From Tubiluchus corallicola (Eukaryota > Animalia > Priapulida): a DNA stretch of 64,000 nucleotides. Below are positions 40,701 through 52,700 of the stretch, in pieces. Each line of letters begins with the position of its first letter. Positions within the stretch are counted from its first letter, which is position 1. The translations under genes and the position numbers were made by a program. Under the pieces are notes generated by a model. The model searched no databases and was not told the origin of the DNA. It saw only the letters and a list, made by a program, of their open reading frames with translations. The stretch is from the NCBI GenBank assembly GCA_030141605.1, contig JAQGDQ010000618.1:1-64000 (forward strand), read 5' to 3'.

Positions 40701-43700
40701 GGTGTACCTTTGCAAAGTCCACAAATAGAGTTCACACGACTTTTTGTAAAGCAAACAAGTAAAACTGAGTTCTACATTAACATTATTTTGCAAAGTACAT
40801 AGGTAAGAGCAAATTCTAAATATGTACTCAACATCCTTTTGCAAAAGCATAGATGAAAGTAAATTCTAGCTTAATAACATTTTGTAAAGTACATAGGTAA
40901 GCATATCTAAGGTCCTTCTGTACATAAATAAAATGAGCTGCACCTAATCATCCTTTTGTAAAGTGCATAGAAGAACATAAGCTCCACTTTACCATCCTTT
41001 TGTAAAGTACGTCGACAGAAGTGAGCTCCACTTTACCATCCTTTGTAAAGTGCATAGACGAAAGTGAGCTCCACTTTACCATCCTTTTGTAAAGTACCTC
41101 AACAGAAGTGAGCTCTACTTTACCATCCTTTGTAAAGTGCATAGACGAAAGTGAGCTCCACTTTACCATCCTTTCAAAAAATACCTAGATGGAGGTGAAT
41201 TCTACTTTGACGTCCTTTTGTAGAGTTCACATATAAAAGAGAGTTCTGCTTTGACGTTCTTTTGTAAAGCTCACAGAAAAATATGTCCATCCACCGTGGC
41301 ACAAGACATAGACTTTATTTTAATTATCTTCATAAACATTGTTATTAACATTTCTTATAGTCCTGAACGAAATCACTAGAAAAACTGTCTTATGCTTGAC
41401 AAAAAAAACACAATTCCCAAAAGGTTTCTGCAAAGAAAAAACAATTTCTAACTAATTCAATTGGCAAACAATTTGGAAAATCAGTAGGCTAGATTTATAA
41501 ACTCCTGGCCAGTTTTACCAATGGTATTACTAGTCATGAAATAGGCGTTTTAAAGATCTTCTAAATTCATTGCTAAATGTAAAGTGAATGAGTGGATTGA
41601 GGGCGCTGTTGGCATAACTCAACAACAGTGTAAAAATAAAGATGTCCGGAAAACCACAGCGCCACCTACAAGCAAGCAGAACCAGGTAGTAAGCAAAGAA
41701 TGGTATCCAACAAATGAGGAAAATTGCAGTTAGAATTCCCAACGTCTTTGTTGCCTTTAATTTCTTTACTGCAGTGAGAGAGTTACTTGCAACATTATTC
41801 GCTTGGTGATTAATGGCGTCTATTTGGCGAGCCTGTTTCCATGCAGTCTTCCATATAACACCATACATGGTCAGTACCTGGACAAACGGTCCTACAAAGA
41901 ACAATACACATTTGGTTTCCACGTAAACTTGTATGGTATAGCTGCGACGGTGGCTCAAATAACTCAAACTGGCACGTGCTAATCCATCAGCTAGAGACAA
42001 AAGCCATGCTGCAGACAGAGATAACGTTAATGTCCTTGTTGTTATGAAGTCATTGTACCTAAAAGGATGAACAATGGATATATATCTTTCTGTTGTCATG
42101 AGGCATATATGTAAAATCCCGATATCTTGCATCACACTTTCAGACAGCAGGAAAATGTGAAACGTTGGAAAACGGTCAAGAAAATCTAGGACATTTATGG
42201 TAATGAACAATGGTATGACCAATGCTCCCAGCAACCAATCTGATACAGCCAGTGATGTAACCGCAGCATTAGTAAGAGTATGTAGCCGTTCCGTCTTGAA
42301 GATGGTAATCAAAACCAAAGCATTGCCAAGAACAGCAGCTGCTCCTACGATTATCATGGAGATAATAACTACCAGCAAACTTGGCTTGCTAGTTTCAAGA
42401 TTGTAAGTGTTAGCGACAACTGATAAGTTTGAAAAGTTCAACGCTGACATAGCTTTCAGCGTTTTGCTGCAATACTGGTTGAAAGCTTCCCATAACTGTA
42501 AATGCAGCGAATGCAAACACTTGGATTCAGTGCTGAAAACATGCATGTCTGTATCCCTATTGACATGGCACCCAAACCTGTTGTTACTGTAAACACACGG
42601 ACGAATATAGATCTACTTAGGTTTATGAAGGCCGGATTACATTGAATATGTTGTCGGGCTGCTTTTGTAATGACTGGACAATTAGCAGGAAAAATTTCAC
42701 ACGTTTACATGTGCAGGTCTAGTTACACATTGGCCTTATGTGGCATTTATTTGCTTTTGACAATAAAGCCAGACAAAGTGGCTATCACAAGCATACTAAC
42801 CAATAATCAACTAAAGCTATTGGAGACTCTACAAATGACAATTAGGCTTTTAAAAGTATTCTAACTTTCTAGAAATGAAAAGGCGTTTCATTAACATTTT
42901 GCGAATAAATCTATAAAACATTGATTATGTTTCAGCATAATATTCTTTTAAACATAAAAATATGTTATGAGATAAAAAGACTCTTTTTCCACATAACATT
43001 TAGCTAACAAAACACGGTTCACACCTGTCAATGATATACATTCTATCTAACTGCTAATTGTGGCCAGTTGTTGGGTTTCACAAGGATTTATGCTTGGGCC
43101 ACATCTTTTTCTTCTTTACATTAATAATAAACCTGACTTCGAAACCTGACTTTCACAGACTATAATAACCTATTCCTCTCTAGCACAAACCTAGAAATGT
43201 TTACAAACATCTGTTAGCCATGAATCAGAGACGATAAACGATTGGACGAATGATGACAAATTACCAATCAACTGCAAAAAAACAAAATTATGGCGATCAA
43301 GCGTCGTCAAAGAGTAAACTGTGCATAATGATAAATAAATAAAGCTTGGAACTACATGGTCTTCAAATATATGGGAGTTAGAGTTATAATAAACTTTCAT
43401 TATTTGAACATATCTAACATAGTTAATAGGTGTTACTTCAAAGCTTAGATATTTTTGGATTTGAAAACACATACGCTAATATGCAACACCCTAATCTATG
43501 ACTACATTGAGCTTAGCATTTTGACCTTGCGATAAAAAAACTAATGGTAGCAAAATAAATTACGAATGAAGACATTAAAGTTTGTACAAAACGTACAAGT
43601 CTGTACAAGCAATTATTTTTAACAAATATAAACTACAAATGCCACAGGAACTGAAATTTTTATGAAGCCAAAATGCAGTTCACATTTCTTTGAACGGTCT

Positions 43701-46700
43701 CACTTTGTCTCATTTACATGAATGCTTTCAAGCTACTTTTCTAATGACATATTTTCCAAAGAATGCAGCTGCATAAAAAACCAAAAGAAGCAGCCTGCAA
43801 GTCAGTTAATAGCAAAATAGCAAACACTGCAATTGAAAATAATGCTGTCATTTACTACCTCTGACAAAAGGTGTGCTACGCAACAATTCTTCAGTAAAGA
43901 ACTCATATAGGACTAAGTTACGTAATCACTTAATATCAGTCGCTTCATGCTAAATTAATGCCATTATGTCAACACAGACAATGTATGCTCTGTTCAGTAA
44001 ATATTTTTCAATGATTGTGAAAGTAATTCTGCTAATAAAATGCCATTAGCTACATATGATGTACGTTAGCTAAACAATAACAGAATACAGTATACGACCT
44101 TGAAAGTAAGTCATATAATGCGACTCTGTTTACTTGCCATGACCTTTTATTCTCTGGATTTAAATTCTGTGTCCCTGCAGACAGAGATTCCTAAAGTGCA
44201 ATATTAACTAATATTAGTTAATAATCGTAATTGTGTCGCGTAAGAGCCGTTTTTGCCTAACAATCGAATGCAGTTTCTGTAATAGAACATGGCCCAGCAA
44301 TAAAATTTGCCTCACAATGTCACCCAGTCGCCTTACAATTTGCGTGAGTCCAGCGAGTCCAGCATAGATTTAAATGCCATGTAAGTCCCCAGTTCCCAAC
44401 CTGATGTACTCTAGTATCTCTTGGGGGTACCCGCAAACACCACAAAGGGCACCAGAGAAGCCTCTTAGACAATTTTAAGAAAGTAGTATTATATAATAAT
44501 CAGCGGGTGATTCAGAAATCTCTGTCGACTGTACTAACAATTCACAGTTTTTGGTCGAGGTCTTGATCACTGTCCATTGTAAAGCTTTCAGCGAACTTTT
44601 TCGTGTGTAAAGCAGGCTTTTCCACGACCGTGCCAATCAGGACAAAAGTGCGAACCTGGCTTGACATCAGCGGAAACATGAGAGTCAGTCTGTCGAAAAC
44701 TGAACCGCGATTCAGAAAGTTACTTTCTCCTATGCAACAGCAGCTTAAAGTTTTGTTCGATATGCAAGCTAGCAATATGCAACATTTAAATCTATGGTTC
44801 ATTCCTAGTGTTTTTACGTTACAATATGAAGAATGAAAACTTAAATCTACATAAACTATTCAAAAACTAAATATTTTATTAATAACTAATAAATATATAA
44901 AGATCATTACACGCAAAACAGTTAACGGGTGATTAGTTTACAAATATAGCAGGACTGTTACAAAAGCAACATGAGTGGAACCTGTCAACAATTTATGCAA
45001 AGTTACCTAACACAAATTCCATTTTACAGCACTCTGTTCATGTGAACACGTTTAAGCAAAAAAAGTTTTTGACGACGCATTTTCTGAATAAAGTATCTGC
45101 GCCAAAAAGAAAACAAAGAAGTCATGTTTGTGTATAAATAATGAACAAATAATGTTGTCATATGAAAAACGTCTGTCGAAAGTTTTACTATGTCATAATA
45201 CCTGACTAAAGAGCGCATAAAACTAGGTCACATTACCACATTATCAGTAATTTCTAGCCGTTAAGTAAATGTCATTACGGCAAAATAGACACATACAATG
45301 TTTATTCTCTTCATTCAGTAAGTGCTTTCATAACATGATTACGAAGACCATTCGGCAACGATTTGACAAAACATCATTAGCTGCATATGGTGTACAAGGC
45401 ACTGAAAACGATGAAAATGTGATAGGCAGATATTGGTGTCAGATGCTCACTGGCAGGTAGTGAGAAATGATGAGCTGCTTTTGTGAAAGATACACCCATT
45501 ATTATACAAGCAATTACTGCTACAAAAAACTTCTAATAAAGTAGCGCAACAATACCAGCATGCAAGTATGTGCGCGCGATAAAACGAGGCTTATGAAAAA
45601 TGTTGAGCTTCAAGTTGAAAAACGACAGTATTACAAAATCGCAACAGATTCACACGTGAAACCATTGCTTTTTTGTCTAATCGGTCTGATAATTTTGACA
45701 TCAGAAGTGTAAATGCTGATAACAAACCTTGCGAAAAAAACAAGAAACGAAGGCATACGTTCTCTTCAATATAAAGTAACTCAAACATTTCAAACTTTAA
45801 GTGAAACGTAACAGACTGGAAAGCTTGAAAGTGGCACAAATGAATAATACAGTTTTTGATAACTCAACAAGTGAAGATGATACAAATAATCACACTGAAA
45901 GTGTTGACAATAGTACAAATCTTCTGTTGCTTGGCCTGGCTTTTGGAGCGGTCGGCATATGCGCCACCGTGGGCAACTCTTTGGTGCTGATAGCCGTCTA
46001 CATAAACCAGCAGCTCAGACAACGCACCAATGTCATCATCACATCACTTGCCGTGTCGGATCTGTTACTGGGGATACTCGTTGTACCGTTTGCGATGGCA
46101 GTAAACTTTCTACAGTTGACCTTCCCAGCCTTTGGAATCATGTTGGGTTTTGACACTTGGATGCAGCAGGTTGGTGTGATGCATGTATGGCTGATCGCTG
46201 CGGAGCGCTACGTCTCAGTTCTTCATCCGTATAAATTTGACACATTTTTTAACCGGAAAACACTGTCAGTTCTGCTGGTAACTGTGTGGATGGTCGCACT
46301 GGGAGAATCAGTACTGAATGGATATCTGTATTTCAAGTATACGCCATATAGTATCACCTTTGGCACTTATCAAGCATTGAAAGGTATTTTCATTTTCATA
46401 CTGCCTTCAGTAATTGTATTAGTCATGTATGGGAGAATTTGGCTGGCAGCTGTGAAGCAAGCACAGAGGATTCATAACCTCTCACGACAAGAGAGCAACC
46501 AGAACAACCAGAATGTTACGTTTCTCAAAACCGTAAGAGAAGTGAAGGCGACGAAGAGGCTGGGCATCGTCATCGCAGTGTTCACTCTGTGCTGGACTCC
46601 ATTCTTCACATATCCACTGATTCGGTTCACTTGTAAGCATGGCTGTTATTCGAGGCAAGTTTTCATTTTCACTGTGTGGCTGAGTTACGCCAACAGCGCG

Positions 46701-49700
46701 ATCAACCCGTTTATTTATGCCGCTTTCAGCAGTGAATTTCTCAAGGCTTTTAAACAAATGCTTTGCTGTCAATAGAGACACCTGGTGGCAGCACATGCAG
46801 TAATAACACTTGTGCTTTAAGACTGTTATACTGGCATCTGACAGGACACAGATTTGGAAAGTGGTACTCTGTCAGTCTCTCGAATGCGCAGAAAAAACAA
46901 TAAAAACCACCATAGTTAGTTTAGTTTATTTTACTTCCAAAATGCCATAAATAATACACTGTTACACACATTACAATACAACCTATTACTGCATACTACA
47001 TTACAAAAAAAAGCTAAAGTTTCACCGGACATTGAGATATCGGCTCAGACCAAGAAGATAAACTTGTACAGGGCAGAGCAAAAGACAAAATGGAAAAAAA
47101 GATGTAGAAGGTGTGAAGTAAAATCAGCAAAAAAATGAAATACAAGGGTGGTAGTAAGGGTAAGGAAGAGTGAATGAGATGGTGGTGAAAATGAAGATTA
47201 GATTTGCATTAGAATATAAAAAAACAGATCAAGGAGCTGAGTTACTGCAAAAATAGTAGGGAGCCATGGCAGAAACAAAGATTTCCGCTATTCAATAACT
47301 GTCAGAAAGAGTGTGAGAGATGAAGGTAAAAATGAAGATTAGATTAACATAAGAATATAAAAAAAACAGATGAAGGAGCTGAGTTACTGCAAAAATAGTA
47401 TGGAGTCATGCCAGAGACAAAGATTTCCGCTATTCAATAACTGTCAGAAAGAGTGTGAGAGATGAAGATAAAAATGAAGATTAGATTCACATAAGAATAT
47501 AAAAAAAACAGATGAAGGAGCTGAGCTACTGGAAAAATAGTATGGAGTCATGCCATGGACAAAGATTTCCGCTATTCAATAACTGTCAGTAAGAGTGTGA
47601 GAGATGATGGTAAAAACGAAGATTAGATTCACATAAGAATATAAAAAAAACAGATCAAGCAGCTGAGTTACTGCAAAAATAGTATGGAGTCATGCCATGG
47701 ACAAAGATTTCCGCTATTCAATAAAAACAACTGTCAGCACGACTTTCACTTACAATCATACAGATGTAGAAATAACACTGAGAAAAAACGAATAATATGA
47801 AATGTGCGTCATTCTCATAGACAAAAGGTGACTAACCAATGCCCGGCACTGAAAGTACATTTCACATTTTGCAGTGACACCGTGTGACAGCGAAAGAAAA
47901 CTTTGTCGGGGGAAAATACTCATTAAAGGTGTGAATAAACACTAAGTGTGTCTGGATGTGTCATATAAGTTATAGACTGAAATAAATTTAATTAAATAAA
48001 ACGAAGCCAACCCTCGCAGTAAATGGGTTGCAGAAAATTATGTCATTCGTGCCAAACCTGCCACAATAATTTCATTTCTTTTAGGAAAAAACCAGCATGT
48101 CAACTAATAATTATTCAAAACCTTTTTCACATCGTTACCTTGAATAAGGAGACTAAAGAGCGACTAAGTAAATGACTAACACGTCTTTTGCTGCTAAAGA
48201 GCGACTAAGTAAATGATTAACACGTCTTTTGCTGCTAAAGAGTGACTAAGTAAATGACTAACATGTCTTTTGCTGCTAAAGAGCGACTAAGTAAATGACT
48301 AACACGTCTTTTGCTGCCGAATAGCGACTAAGTAAATGACTAACACGTCTTTTGCTGCTAAAGAGCGACTACGTAAATGACTAACACGTCTTTTGCTGCT
48401 AACGAGCAACTAAGTAAATGACTAACACGTCTTTTGCTGCTAAAGAGCGACTAAGTAAATGACTAACACGTATTTTGCTGCCAAATAGCGACTAAGTAAA
48501 TGACTAACACGTCTTTTGCTGCTAAAGAGCGACTAAGTAAATGACTAACACGTCTTTTGCTGATAAAGAGCGACTAAGTAAATGACTAACACGTCTTTTG
48601 CTGCTAAAGAGCGACTAAGTAAATGACTAACACGTCTTTTGCTGCTAAAGAGCGACTAAGTAAATGACTAACTCGTCTTTTGCTGCTAAAGAGCGACTAA
48701 GTAAATGACTAACACGTCTTTTGCTGCTAAATAGCGACTAAGTAAATGACTAACTCGTCTTTTGCTGCCAAATAGCGACTAAGTAAATGACTAACACGTC
48801 TTTTGCTGCTAAAGAGCGGCGACTAAGTAAATGACTAACTCGTCTTTTGCTGCTAAAGAGCGACTAAGTAAATGACTAACACGTCTTTTGCTGCCAAATA
48901 GCGACTAAGTAAATGACAAACACGTCTTTTGCTGCTAAAGAGCAACGAAGTAAATGACTAACTCGTCTTTTGTGGCTAAATAGCGACTAAGCAAATGACT
49001 AATACGCCTTTTGCTGCTAAAGAGCGACTAAGTAAATGACTAACACGTCTTTTGCTGCTAAAGAGCGACTAAGTAAATGACTAACACGTCTTTTGCTGCT
49101 AAAGAGCGACTAAGTAAATGACTAACACGTCTTTTGCTGCTAAAGAGGGACTAAGTAAATGACTAACACGTCTTTTGCTGCTAAATAGCGACTTAGTAAA
49201 CGACTAACACGTCTTTTGCTGCTAAAGAGCGACTAAGTAAACGACTAACATGTCTTTTGCTGCTAAAGAGCGACTAAGTAAACGACTAACACGTCTTTTG
49301 CTGCTAAATAGCGACTTAGTAAACGACTAACACGTCTTTTGCTGCTAAAGAGCGACTTAGTAAACGACTAACACGTCTTTTGCTGCTAAAGAGCGACTAA
49401 GTAAACGACTAACACGTCTTTTGCTGATAAAGAGCGACTAAGTAAATGACTAACACGTCTTTTGCTGCTAAAGAGCGACTAAGTAAATGACTAACACGTC
49501 TTTTGCTGCTAAAGAGCGACTAAGTAAATGACTAACACGTCTTTTGCTGCTAAAGAGCGACTAAGTAAATGACTAGCAAGTCTTTTGCTGCTAAAGAGCG
49601 ACTAAGTAAATGACTAACTCGTCTTTTGCTGCTAAAGAGCAGAGCGGCTAAGTAAATGACTAACACGTCTTTAGCTGCTCCTGTAACTGCCCTGCTACGT

Positions 49701-52700
49701 GTCAAAAATCTGTACTTGACATTAAAAAGATAAAAACAGGCTGCTGCTGTTATCATCATCAGTGGTAAATTTACAAACATAAGACCAGTTCATATACGCA
49801 GAGCCTATAAACTGGTTGTGTGTTTGTAAATTCACTAATGATGATAACAGCAACAGCCTGTAGAAACATTTGGCGTGATTTTATCTTTTTAACGTAAAAG
49901 TTTTAACAAAGTTGAGTTGTTTTTAACTATAAATGTTTCTAAGCGCCTGTAATAAAAATTGACTTACGTAGTTGTGATTTCGCCCACCAGAGTGACGCAG
50001 GCACGAAGTTTCTGCTTCATATCGTCGTCAAAAACCAACCTTAAAATCAACATGTCAAATAAAAACACTTGACCTGAAATGTGAGACTGTTTACAAAATA
50101 GGGAGACAACTTCAGATATTACACATTTAAAGCACAGGAGAATCCTTCACTCGCATAAAGCTTGAAAAATTCGTCTTGAAGTTTAATATCGCTTACGTAC
50201 TGTCTTTTTGCACACAGAGTGTGCACGAGCAGTAACGCTGTATGAAACTTGTAAATTTAAACTCCCGCGATGACCGTTAGACGCAGCCATATTAACCATA
50301 AGTCATTTGAAACAAGTTTAAGTAACACTGAGTAAAGTTTGAAAAAATATTCAAAGCATTCGTAGCACACAACTCACTAACTAAGTAAAATTTTAAATTA
50401 CTGTATCTTGTCAATAAGATTAAAAATATGTTTTTGTTTAGTAAGTGGTGCACCCTGGAGAGTGAGTCAGCGACATTTTACCAATTGGTGAAAACATTTT
50501 AAATAATTAATAATTTTCTTTTGAAGTTATCCAAGTCTTTCAAGCAGGTAAGTGAAATGTTAAGTAATATAGATCTGCATGTAAAGTTTTTTGGGACATA
50601 GTTTAACAATTTCCTTTTCTTCCCCTGATTCACTTGCGTGTACATGACGTCACGTAATGGCGCGGGTCGGAACAGAAGTGCGGGAGATTTAAAATGAAAA
50701 CAAACAAAAAATTCTTTCAACACGCGTACGATATACGCATAAAATTGCTGTAAAGTAATATAATTTCTTAAGGCAATTTTTCTGAAACCTACTCAAGGTA
50801 CCCCTTTCTTGTTTTCAACACAAAAAACTAGAGACTATCTACAGGAAAAAGTACAAAATAAAAATTGTGTCGCAAACGAAGATTTCGTCTATTTACAACC
50901 GTTAGAACTTCAAAACAAACGGTTGAAATATTTTTTTCAATTGTGCGTTTAGTGATGAATGATTTTGAAATTTTGTAATTCGATTAGAATCTTGTTCTTG
51001 TAATTCAACATCACAATTAATCTCTTGTTGCGATTTTTTTAGTGTTTTAGCCCCATTTTTCATTGATTGCAGTTAGTTATAGCCAATAAACTTCATCACG
51101 GTCTGCTATTGTCATAGAGACAAACTACTTTTCTAACCAAATGTCGCTTTTTCATTGCCTACTCTATGATTATGTCATTACACGTGTGAGAAAATTTGGC
51201 CCCAGTTTGCAACACTGTAGTTTGCTATGACTACGGCCATATCACGTTGAAAACACCGGTTCTCGTCTGATCACCGAAGTTAAGCAACATAAGAGCCTGG
51301 TTTTTACTTGGATGGGTGACTGCCTAGGGCAATGCTTGCGAGATGCCCACACTGTATCTCGACACTAGGCGGAGGAGCTGCACAAGCAGCCAACGGCTAG
51401 AGGGCGGGGGAGGTCAAGTGACCCAACGGCCATGTGTAGAGGAGTAAACCTTCCAAATCAGGAGTGGAGCCCCGAAGGCGGACCAGTGCAGCATGTTCAC
51501 TGACTCCTGCAGCCAACCTGGTGCCAAACGTATCGCTCCGCTTTCCTTTGGACTACACCAGGGAGGAAGAGAGGGGTTCCTGTTGTCTGGGCAACTCAGG
51601 ATCTCCATACACCTTGCCCAGGCGTGCGCCCTGGAGAGGCCATTCCAGTGGTTCAAAGATCGGACTGCTCAGCCACAGTCGACGCTGCAGCTCCATCAAT
51701 GTGATCAATAACTGACTCTCTTAGTGCACAGTCCATTGTCTTCCGAGACAGAAGGAAGTCAACAAGTTTGCTATTGTGTAATGGGAGAAAACCAGAAAAA
51801 TGCAAAGATTCTGTTAGCAGCACATCGCCTTTTTGCTCTCAATTAATCACGATTAATCGGTATTCTGTTCAATCATCAAACCTATTGATTTATTCATGGC
51901 AGTAATCACGATTAATTCAACTAACCACTCATCACTATATACATTATTAAAAGGTAATAAAATGAAACAGTCGAAGTTCAGGCTGAAAGTTACAAGGGAT
52001 TTAATAGCCAACTGTTCGCAGCATGTTTTTGTGAAGACAATTAAAAATTGTAAGAAGTGCTAATACTGTAGGAACCTGTTACACATTAGCGTCAGTTCAT
52101 ATCTTACAATATGTGTTCTTCTTTACCTGATTTCGGGTTCGGACTGCTTTGCAACCAAGTGGCACGGTATCTCGCTGGCTTCTTTCAACTTCTGAACAAT
52201 CTGCATCGAGTTCATCTGGATGCTGATATCGTCCATCACCTTCTGGGCATCTGCAGAAAAAAGAGAGACGGTTTTTATTACTGCTGGGAGAACGGATGCA
52301 TCTGAAGCATCAAATTCTTATCTTGGTGATCTCTACGATCCCTCGTTCATTGAAGGTCAGTTCCCAGTGATCCCTGTAGTCCCTTGTTCATCGAAGGCCA
52401 GTTCCCAGACATCCCTGCAGTCCCTCCTTCATGGAAAGCCAGTTCCCAGAGATCGCTGCAGTCCCTCATTCATCGAAGGCCAGTTCCCAGTGATCCCCAC
52501 GGTCCCTCATTCATTGAAAGCCAGTTCCCAGTGATCCCTGCGGTCCCTCATTCATCGAAGGCCAGTTCCCAGTGATCCCCACGGTCCCTCATTCATTGAA
52601 AGCCAGTTCCCAGTGATCCCTGCGGTCCCTCATTCATCGATAGCCAGTTCCCAGTAATCCCCACGGTCCCTCATTCATTGAAAGCCAGTTCCCAGTGATC

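Noticed and set aside
42451-42546. N-terminal extension of GPCR paralog 2 in the ORF track (338 aa)
   Set aside because: Homology with paralog 1 and the N-glycosylation pattern favour the MSALNFS start at 42450. The upstream ATG cannot be excluded but has no support.
48153-49680. CRISPR-like appearance of the regular arrays, and a branch-point-like gactaac plus pyrimidine tract in each unit
   Set aside because: There are no unique spacers or cas genes and the context is eukaryotic. The branch-point-like motif is antisense to the host gene and nothing suggests it is used.
51229-51345. Functional 5S rRNA gene
   Set aside because: It carries substitutions and a 3' deletion, has no terminator after the 5S end, is fused to a conserved body and is flanked by a TSD, so it is a SINE head.
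51340-51405. HDV-like ribozyme in the 5S-SINE body (gctgc-acaa-gcagc hairpin followed by CAA)
   Set aside because: I could not build a convincing P2 pairing by eye. An RNArobo or Infernal search would be needed.
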